64,000 nucleotides of DNA. Origin: an uncultured Verrucomicrobiae bacterium. GTDB lineage: Bacteria > Verrucomicrobiota > Verrucomicrobiia > Limisphaerales > UBA11358. Made by a program: the position numbers and the translations under genes. The stretch is taken from contig CAWDPX010000015.1 of assembly GCA_963804345.1 (NCBI GenBank), forward strand, positions 119,147 to 183,146, in the 5' to 3' direction. The notes below the pieces were generated by a model. The model searched no databases and was not told the DNA's origin. It saw only the letters and a list, made by a program, of their open reading frames with translations. Below, one piece after another: positions 56,447 to 64,000 of the stretch (its first letter is position 1; every line of letters begins with the position of its first letter).

Positions 56447-56605
56447 CATTAGCACCCGGCTTCAGCCGGGTGTTGAGAGACCAGTAAAATAAAAACCGTT
56501 TCAACAGTTTTTGCCCCATTCCCATCACAAGGCAAAAAGTGAAAGCCGTTGAAACGGCTTTCCGATTTCCGTCGCCCAACACCGGGCTGAAGCCCGGTGC
56601 TAATG
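56447..56605. repeat. Head-to-head pair of a roughly 70-nt repeat (CATTAGCACCNGGCTTCAGCCNGGTGTTG..AAACCGTTTCAAC..TTTTGCC) forming a 159-nt imperfect palindrome upstream of gltB
   Basis: Left arm 56447-56515. The reverse complement of 56530-56605 aligns to it by eye. Confidence 0.6.
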
Positions 56606-56678
56606 AGAATTTCCGCGCTCCTTTCGAAAGTGAAATGCGCCTCTTCTGAAAACATTTAATTGCGAAACAGCATAATTT

Positions 56679-59600
56679 ATGTCAAGAATAAGAGAACAAA
56701 TGGCGACGAATCGCCAGGAAATGACCAGAAGAACAACGCAGCGACACAACAAACACGGCACGGGTGCAGGCAGAGCGCCGTCGAAACAAGGACTTTACGA
56801 TCCACGCTTCGAGCATGAAGCGTGCGGTGTAGGCTTTGTGGTCAACATCAAGGGCAAAAAGTCGCACCCCATCGTCCAGCAGGCGCTCCAGGTGTTGCGC
56901 AACCTCCAGCATCGCGGCGCGTGCGGTTCCGAGGCGAACACCGGCGACGGCGCGGGCATTCTGATGCAGGTGCCCCACACGTTTTTGGAGCAGGCCTGCC
57001 GCGAAATGAAGATCGACACTGCCCGGCCCGGGCGAATACGGCGTCGGCATGGTCTTTCTCCCGCCGCATCCCACGGAACGCTACAAGTGCGAGGTGCTGT
57101 TTGAGGATATCGTCGCCACGGAAGGCCTGCGCCTGCTCGGCTGGCGGACCGTGCCCACCGAACACAGTTCGCTGGGTGAAACCGCCATCGCGTCCGAACC
57201 GGTCGTGCGCCAAGTGTTCATCGCGCGTCCCGACGGTCTGGCCGACGACCTCGCGTTCGAACGCAAGCTCTACGTCATCCGCAAACTGGCGAAGCGGGGC
57301 ATCCGCACCGCGGGACTCAGTGGCGGTGACAAATTTTACGTCTGCAGCCTGTCCGCCAAAACGATGATCTACAAGGGCATGTTGATGCCCGACCAGGTGG
57401 AACATTATTATCCGGACCTCGCGGACCCGTCGCTGGAAAGCGCGCTGTGCCTCGTGCATTCGCGGTTCAGCACGAACACGTTTCCCACCTGGGAACGCGC
57501 GCATCCGTACCGTTACGTCGCGCACAATGGCGAAATCAACACCCTGCGCGGCAATATCAACTGGATGCACGCCCGCCAGTCGCTGTTCGCGTCCGATTTG
57601 TTCGGCGACGATCTCAAGAAGCTGCTGCCGGTCATCAACGAGGACGGCAGCGACTCGGCCATGTTCGACAACGCGCTGGAATTTCTCGCGCTCTCCGGAC
57701 GATCCCTGCCGCACGCCGTGATGATGATGATTCCCGAGCCGTGGGAACGGCACCAGAGCATGGACGCGGAAAAACGGGCGTTTTACGAATATCATTCCTG
57801 CCTGCAGGAACCGTGGGACGGCCCCGCCTCCATCGCGTTCACCGACGGCGTGCGCATCGGCGCGACCCTGGACCGCAACGGACTGCGGCCTTCGCGCTAC
57901 TACGTAACGAAGGACGACCGGGTGATCATGGCCAGCGAAGTCGGCGTGCTCGACCTGCCGCCGGAAATGATCGTCCAGAAAGGCCGCCTGCAACCCGGCC
58001 GGATGTTCCTGATTGACACCGAACTGGGCCGTATCGTGGCGGACGAGGAACTGAAGGCCAAAGTCGCCCGGGAGCATCCGTACCAGGTCTGGCTCGATCA
58101 GAACCATGTGCTGCTGGAAAATTTGCCCGAGCCGCCGCACGTTCATGAGCCGGACCACCAGACGGTGTTCCAGCGCCAGCAGGCGTTCGGCTACACGTTC
58201 GAGGACCTGCGGTTCATCCTGGGTCCCATGGCCAGCGACGGCGTGCAGCCGCTCGGCTCGATGGGCACGGACACGCCGCTGGCGGTGCTCTCGAACAAGC
58301 CGCAATTGCTCTACAATTATTTCAAACAGCTTTTCGCGCAGGTCACCAACCCGCCGATTGATCCCATCCGCGAGGAAATCATCACCTCCACGGAAACGAT
58401 GCTCGGCTCGGAGGGCAATCTGCTCCAGCCCACGCCCGAAAGCTGCCGCATGATCAAGCTGGAGCATCCCATCCTCACCAACGAGGACCTCGAAAAGCTC
58501 CGGCACGTGGACCGCAACGGTTTCAAGGCGGTCACCCTGCCGATTTTGTTTCAAGGTGGTAGTGGCGCGGGCGTCTCGCCCGCGCGAAGCGAAGAAAAGA
58601 TTCTCACGGGCAGGATGCCCGTGCCACTAACAATCTCGAAGGCGCGCTGGAAAAACTGTTCGCCGCCACCGACAAGGCCATTGCCGGAGGCTCGAACATC
58701 ATCATTCTTTCTGACCGCGGCATCAGCGCCGAGAACGCACCGATCCCCGCGATGCTCGCCGTGGCGGGCCTGCATCATCATTTGGTCCGGCAAGGCACCC
58801 GCACGCGCGTCGGGCTGGTGCTCGAATCGGGCGAGCCGCGCGAGGTTCATCATTTTGCGCTGCTCATCGGCTACGGTTGCAGCGCCATCAATCCCTACCT
58901 CGCATATGACTCGCTCGATGACCTGATCCACGAAGGCCTGCTGCCCGGCCTCGACCACAAGACCGCCGTTAAGAAATACATCAAGGCGGTCGTCAAGGGC
59001 GTCGTGAAAACGATGGCCAAGATGGGCATCTCAACGGTGCAAAGTTATCGCGGCGCGCAGATTTTTGAGGCCATCGGACTGAACCACAACGTCATTGACC
59101 GGTATTTTACCTGGACGGTGTCGCGCGTCGAGGGCGTCGGCCTGGACGTGTTGACTGAAGAGGCGTTGGCCCGCCACCGCCAGGCGTTTTCCGACCGCCC
59201 GGTCAACAATGTGGCGCTGGACACCGGCGGCCAGTATCAATGGCGCAGCGACGGCGAGTTTCACCTGTTCAACCCGCAGTCCATTCACAAACTGCAGCTC
59301 GCCTGCCGCCTCGGCAGCTACGAGCGGTTCAAGGAATATTCCGCGCTGATCAACAACCAGGCGCAAAACCTCTGCACGCTGCGCGGCCTGCTCGAATTCA
59401 ACTGGGCGGAAAAATCCGTGCCTATCGAGGAAGTCGAACCGGTCGAGGAAATTGTGAAACGGTTCAAGACCGGCGCGATGAGCTACGGCTCGATCAGCCA
59501 GGAAACGCACGAGGCGCTCGCCATTGCCATGAACCGCCTCGGCGGCAAAAGCAACACCGGCGAAGGCGGCGAAGACCCGGAACGCTACATCTGGACGAAT

Positions 59601-61421
59601 GAGCGCGGTGACTCGAAGAACAGCGCCATCAAGCAGGTCGCCTCCGGCCGCTTCGGCGTGACGAGCAATTATCTCATCAACGCGAAGGAGCTTCAGATTA
59701 AGATGGCCCAGGGCGCGAAGCCGGGCGAAGGCGGCGAACTGCCGGGCCGCAAGGTGTATCCGTGGATCGCCAAAACGCGGCTCACCACGCCGGGCGTCGG
59801 CTTGATTTCGCCGCCGCCGCACCATGACATTTATTCCATCGAGGATCTTGCCCAGTTGATCCACGACCTGAAGAACGCGAACCGCAACGCGCGGGTGAGC
59901 GTGAAGCTGGTCGCGGAAGTCGGCGTGGGCACCGTCGCCGCCGGCGTCGCCAAGGCGCACGCCGACGTGGTGCTCATCAGCGGTTACGACGGCGGCACGG
60001 GCGCGTCTCCCCTCTCTTCGATCAAGCATTCGGGCATCCCATGGGAACTCGGCCTGGCCGAGACGCACCAGACGCTCGTGCTCAACAATCTCCGCAGCCG
60101 GATTTACGTCGAGGCCGACGGCCAGCTCAAGACGGGCCGCGACGTGGCCATCGCCGCGCTGCTCGGGGCGGAGGAATTTGGTTTTGCCACCGCGCCGCTC
60201 GTCACGCTGGGTTGCCTGATGATGCGCGTGTGCCATTTGAACACCTGCCCGGTGGGCGTGGCCACCCAGGACCCGCAGCTCCGCAAATTCTTCTCGGGCA
60301 GCCCGGACCACGTGGTCAATTTCATGCGGTTCATCGCCGCGGAATTGCGCGAGATCATGGCCAAGCTCGGCTTCCGGACGATAAACGAAATGATTGGCCG
60401 CACGGACAAGCTGGCCCCGCGAAAGGCGATTGAGCATTGGAAGGCGAAGGGCCTCGACTTCACGAGCATTTTGCAGCGGCCGGATGTCTGGCCGGAGGTC
60501 GTCCGCTACCGGCAGATTGACCAGGACCACGGCATCAAAAACTCGCTCGACGTGATGCGGCTGCTGGACATCTGCGAACCGGCCATTGAACGCGGCGAGC
60601 GCGTCCACGCCGACCTGCCCATCCGCAACGTCAACCGCGTCGTCGGCACCATCACCGGCAGCGAAGTGACGAAGAAGTGGGGCCCGAACGGCCTGCCGGA
60701 GGACACAATTAATCTCAAATTCACGGGCAGCGCGGGCCAGAGCTTTGGCGCGTTCATTCCCAAAGGCATGACGCTCGAACTCGAAGGCGACGCGAACGAT
60801 TATCTGGGCAAGGGCCTCAGCGGTGGCAAAATCATCGTCTATCCCTCGAAAGGTTCAACCTTTGCCGCCGGGGAAAACATCATCATTGGCAACGTGGCAT
60901 TCTACGGAGCCACGAGCGGCGAGGCGTTCATTTGCGGCATGGCGGGCGAACGTTTCGGCGTGCGCAACAGCGGCGTGAACGCGGTCGTCGAGGCCATCGG
61001 CGATCACGGTTGCGAATACATGACCGGCGGGCGCGTGATAGTGCTGGGCCGGACCGGGCGCAATTTCGCCGCGGGCATGAGCGGCGGCATCGCCTACGTG
61101 CTCGACGAAGCCGGCGATTTCCCGGCGCATTGCAACCAGGAAATGGTCAGCCTCGAAAAATTGAAGGACGCCGACGAAATCGAGATGATCTGGAAATTGA
61201 TCCAGCGCCACCAGGCGTACACGAAGAGCGAACGCGCCGCGAAAGCGCTGGCGGACTGGCGGCAGCTCGTGCCTAAGTTCGTCAAGGTGATGCCGAAGGA
61301 CTACCAGCGCGTGCTCGAATCCATGAAGAAGGTGAAGGAACTGGGCCTGACCGGCGACGAAGCCGTCATGGCCGCGTTTGAGGAAAACGTCCGCGACGTC
61401 GCGCGCGTCGGAGGAGGATGA
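56679..61421 (+). pseudogene. gltB: Glutamate synthase large subunit; the reading frame is interrupted twice (one extra nt near 57018; 68 extra nt at 58560-58629)
   Basis: Three ORFs (56679..57104, 57049..58926, 58752..61421) carry consecutive GltB sequence: HEACGVGFV (Ntn Cys), [15 protein letters not shown] after the shift, [17 protein letters not shown], ..[50 protein letters not shown]/Fe-S region [21 protein letters not shown]-terminal GXGXG beta-helix. Confidence 0.85.
58560..58629. repeat. Small palindromic MITE-like element (TIR GTGGCRCGGGC / GCCCGTGCCAC, flanked by TA) inside gltB, out of frame
   Basis: TA-GTGGCGCGGGCGTCTCGCCCGCGCGAAGCGAAGAAAAGATTCTCACGGGCAGGATGCCCGTGCCAC-TA. Deleting 68 nt restores ..[19 protein letters not shown]... 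Confidence 0.7.
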
Positions 61422-61612
61422 CGCAGCAAAAGCCCGAAATCCGAATGCCGAATGCCGAAAGAAATCCGAAATCCGAATGTCGAATTCCAAGCACCATCAA
61501 TTGACGCTTGCTGTTTTCGGATTTCGAGCTTCGGGCTTCTTTCGTCATTTGTCCTTTGTCATTCGGATTTTGCAATCCGGGCGGCAATGTTAAATACTGA
61601 TTTCTAAATAGC

Positions 61613-63160
61613 ATGGGCAAACCCACAGGATTCATCGAGTATTTGCGCGAGCTGCCGGCGGACCGGCCGGCGGCGGGACGCATCGCGGACTGGAAGGAAT
61701 TTCACCTGCACCTGCCGGAAGCCGGCCTGCGCAAGCAGGGCGCGCGCTGCATGGACTGCGGCACGCCCTTCTGCCACACCGGCACGCTCCTCAGCGGCAT
61801 GGCCAGCGGCTGCCCTATCCACAATCTCATCCCGGAATGGAACGACCTCATCTATCGCGGCCTGTGGAAGGAAGCGCTTGAACGGCTGCACAAGACGAAC
61901 AATTTCCCGGAATTCACCGGTCGCGTCTGCCCGGCGCCGTGCGAAGGCTCGTGCGTGCTCGGCATCAACGCCCCGCCCGTCACCATCAAAAGCATCGAGT
62001 GCGCCATCATTGACCGCGGCTGGGACGAAGGCTGGGTCACCGCCGAACCGCCGAAACAGCGCACCGGCAAAAAGGTGGCCGTCGTCGGCTCCGGCCCGGC
62101 GGGCCTGTGCGCCGCCGCGCAACTGAACAGGGCCGGCCACACCGTCACCGTTTTCGAGCGCGCCGACCGCCCCGGCGGGCTGCTCATGTACGGCATCCCG
62201 AACATGAAGCTCGACAAGGAACTGGTGGTCCTGCGCCGCATCAAACAACTTGAAGCCGAAGGCATCCGGTTCGTTTGCAACACCGAAGTGGCACGGGCGT
62301 CCCGCCCGTCTGAAGAAAAACCAGCAACAACTCACGGGCAAGATGCCCGTGCCACTACTATTTACCCGGCGGAAAAACTGCTTCAGGAATTCGACGCCGT
62401 CATTCTTGCCACGGGCGCCACCAAGCCGCGCGATCTGCCGATCGAAGGCCGCCAATTCAAGGGCGTTCACTTCGCAATGGAATTCCTCACCGCGAACACG
62501 AAGAGTGTTCTCGACGGAAAAAAGAACGGCAATTTCATTTCCGCCGCCGGCAAGGACGTCGTCGTCATCGGCGGCGGCGACACCGGCACTGACTGCGTCG
62601 GCACCTCAATGCGTCATGGCTGTGCTAGTTTGGTGCAGGTGGAGATTTTGCCCCGGCCGCCGGAAGAGCGCGCGGCTGACAATCCGTGGCCCGAATGGCC
62701 GAAGGTCTATCGCATGGATTACGGCCAGGAGGAAGCCGCCGCGAAATTCGGCGCCGACCCGCGCATTTATCTCATCACCGCGACGAAGTTTGAAGGCGAT
62801 GCCAACGGCCAGGTGAAAGCCGTCCACACCGTGCAGGTGAAATGGGAGAAAAACGACAAGGGCCAGTTCATTCCGAAGAACGTGCCCGGCACGGAAAAGG
62901 TTTTGCCCGCGCAACTGGTGCTGCTGGCGATGGGCTTTCTCGGACCGGAACAGCCGCTGCTCGACGCGCTCAAGCTCGAACGTGACCCGCGCACAAACGT
63001 GAAGGCTGAATTCGAGAAATACTCGACTAATCTCAATGGCGTCTTCGCCTGCGGCGACTGCCGTCGCGGCCAGAGCCTGGTGGTATGGGCGTTCAACGAA
63101 GGCCGGGGTGCCGCGAGGGAGTGCGACCGCTATTTGATGGGCCACACCGATCTGCCGTAG
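61613..63160 (+). CDS. gltD: Glutamate synthase small subunit (NADPH), with an in-frame copy of the same palindromic element
   Basis: [78 protein letters not shown]. Confidence 0.9.
   Translation: MGKPTGFIEYLRELPADRPAAGRIADWKEFHLHLPEAGLRKQGARCMDCGTPFCHTGTLLSGMASGCPIHNLIPEWNDLIYRGLWKEALERLHKTNNFPEFTGRVCPAPCEGSCVLGINAPPVTIKSIECAIIDRGWDEGWVTAEPPKQRTGKKVAVVGSGPAGLCAAAQLNRAGHTVTVFERADRPGGLLMYGIPNMKLDKELVVLRRIKQLEAEGIRFVCNTEVARASRPSEEKPATTHGQDARATTIYPAEKLLQEFDAVILATGATKPRDLPIEGRQFKGVHFAMEFLTANTKSVLDGKKNGNFISAAGKDVVVIGGGDTGTDCVGTSMRHGCASLVQVEILPRPPEERAADNPWPEWPKVYRMDYGQEEAAAKFGADPRIYLITATKFEGDANGQVKAVHTVQVKWEKNDKGQFIPKNVPGTEKVLPAQLVLLAMGFLGPEQPLLDALKLERDPRTNVKAEFEKYSTNLNGVFACGDCRRGQSLVVWAFNEGRGAARECDRYLMGHTDLP
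62288..62355. repeat. Small palindromic MITE-like element inside gltD, in frame
   Basis: GTGGCACGGGCGTCCCGCCCGTCTGAAGAAAAACCAGCAACAACTCACGGGCAAGATGCCCGTGCCAC, translated ..[24 protein letters not shown].. between the conserved NTEV and ..[11 protein letters not shown] blocks. Confidence 0.7.
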
Positions 63161-63465
63161 CCAGCTTAAATCGTCCCCGTTCTCGTCCGCGTCCTCAAAT
63201 TAGATGTTCAGCGTTGGATGTTGAATGTTTTCCATCGCGTGAGGCTGAAGGCCCCGTAAAGTGACGGGCCACCACGGGGCGGAACGCCTTTTACGCGGCC
63301 TTTCTTATCCGCAATTCCACCCCTCGCCGGGCGCAATCCACCCCTCAAATCACGCAATGTGTCCCTTATTCATCACTTTTCCGCCCGTTTCGGTTAAATA
63401 TCACTCTGATGAATTGGTGGGTCGGTTACCCGAGGCGAAATTTAAAAACGAAATCGGAGAACATT

Positions 63466-64000
63466 ATGAAAAAGTCACGCATGTTGTTTGTAGTCGGCAC
63501 CCTGCTGGCGGCTGGCGGCCTAGCCCTCTCAGCGCGGGCGCAGAACGACGTTTATGCCGTTGAGTTCAACACCGGCGACAACGGTTTCGGCGTCATCAAC
63601 CTGATGAACGGCACCTTCACTCAAATTTCCGATCTGGGCCCGACCCTTTACAACGACATCGCCTACGCCCCGGACGGCACCTTGTATGGCCTGGCCAACA
63701 ATGGCGCGTCCCTGGTGACGTTTGACCGCGCGACTGGCGACGTCACGCCGGTCGCCTCGCTGGGCGGCTCGGGCATTGAATCCATCGCTTTCAATCCGAA
63801 CAACGGCGCGTTGTTCGGCGCCTCCGAGAGCGGCCTTTACACCATTGATCCGGCCACCGGCCAGGCATCGTATATTGGTGATTTTGGCAGCCCTTACGGC
63901 TGCAACCTCTGGCAGAACATCCGGTTTGACTCCGATGGCAACCTCTACTTGAGCAATACCAGCGGGAACACCGATATTTACCGGGTCAACACCGACACCG
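63466..64000 (+). CDS. Secreted hypothetical repeat protein (N-terminal part; continues beyond the window)
   Basis: ATG 63466 with GGAGA 6 nt upstream. Signal peptide MKKSRMLFVVGTLLAAGGLALSARA. Gly/Asn/Asp-rich, beta-propeller-like sequence. Confidence 0.6.
   Translation, partial: MKKSRMLFVVGTLLAAGGLALSARAQNDVYAVEFNTGDNGFGVINLMNGTFTQISDLGPTLYNDIAYAPDGTLYGLANNGASLVTFDRATGDVTPVASLGGSGIESIAFNPNNGALFGASESGLYTIDPATGQASYIGDFGSPYGCNLWQNIRFDSDGNLYLSNTSGNTDIYRVNTDT

Noticed and set aside
57049-58926. Treating the three gltB ORFs as separate subunit genes (a split GOGAT).
   Set aside because: The ORF boundaries fall inside conserved domains. They are explained by a 1-nt and a 68-nt insertion rather than by natural domain borders with their own start signals.
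1-64000. tRNA, rRNA, tmRNA, RNase P, SRP RNA and known riboswitch signatures.
   Set aside because: I scanned the intergenic regions by eye for hallmark motifs (the T-loop GGTTCGA context, GAGGAAAGTCC, the SRP domain IV motif and similar) and found none. A computational scan with tRNAscan-SE or Infernal is still advisable.

Overview
The window is 64 kb of GC-rich bacterial chromosome, with one AT-richer block at about 11.0-16.2 kb. The ECF-sigma N-termini, TIGR03435-like domains and very dense small palindromic repeats suggest a Verrucomicrobiota/PVC-type organism; this is inference only, since no search was possible.

Content from left to right:
- 1-8145, minus strand: a defence-type island. 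It holds an intact SNF2 helicase with a DUF3883 nuclease-like tail, then a consensus promoter and leader hairpin, an NYN-domain protein, a multiply frameshifted DUF1156/COG1743 DNA methylase, and an AAA ATPase cut by the window edge.
- 8.8-21.3 kb: an orphan response regulator, a GH28-like hydrolase, the AT-rich block of secreted hypothetical proteins, a fatty-acid hydroxylase, GspF/PilC, a PstS-like binding protein, and two hypothetical proteins at its right end (19568-20113 and a DUF155/RMD1-like protein at 20218-21300).
- 21.4-29.7 kb: pabB and pabC, separated by a 5.8 kb block that carries ECF sigma-TM-sensor fusion genes.
- 29.9-35.9 kb: an L,D-transpeptidase, LemA plus an M48 protease, and a GH51 arabinofuranosidase.
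- 36.6-47.3 kb: pfk, a TPR protein, pheT, a HicA-like protein, a beta-carbonic anhydrase, pheS, rplT and rpmI.
- 47.4-49.1 kb: a complete ISKra4-like IS with inverted repeats and a target-site duplication.
- 49.4-64.0 kb: a repeat-rich adhesin-like protein, mnmA, two more ECF fusion genes, gltB and gltD, and a secreted protein truncated by the window end.

Most interesting observations:
- Diverged copies of the last 35-69 nt of pheS (two copies) and pheT (one copy) lie on the far side of genes inserted into the pheS-pheT-pfk operon. This is an att-like footprint, but no recombinase is present in the window.
- Several families of small palindromic repeats sit inside housekeeping ORFs. They are in frame in pabB, pabC, pheS, pheT, mnmA and gltD, and out of frame in gltB.
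- The IS carries a canonical A_AAA_AAG -1 frameshift site that joins its two ORFs.
- The four ECF sigma-TM-sensor paralogues are modular, and a fifth gene has the same anchor but no sigma domain.

No rRNA, tRNA or CRISPR array was recognised. All indel-type observations could also be assembly errors and need read-level confirmation.
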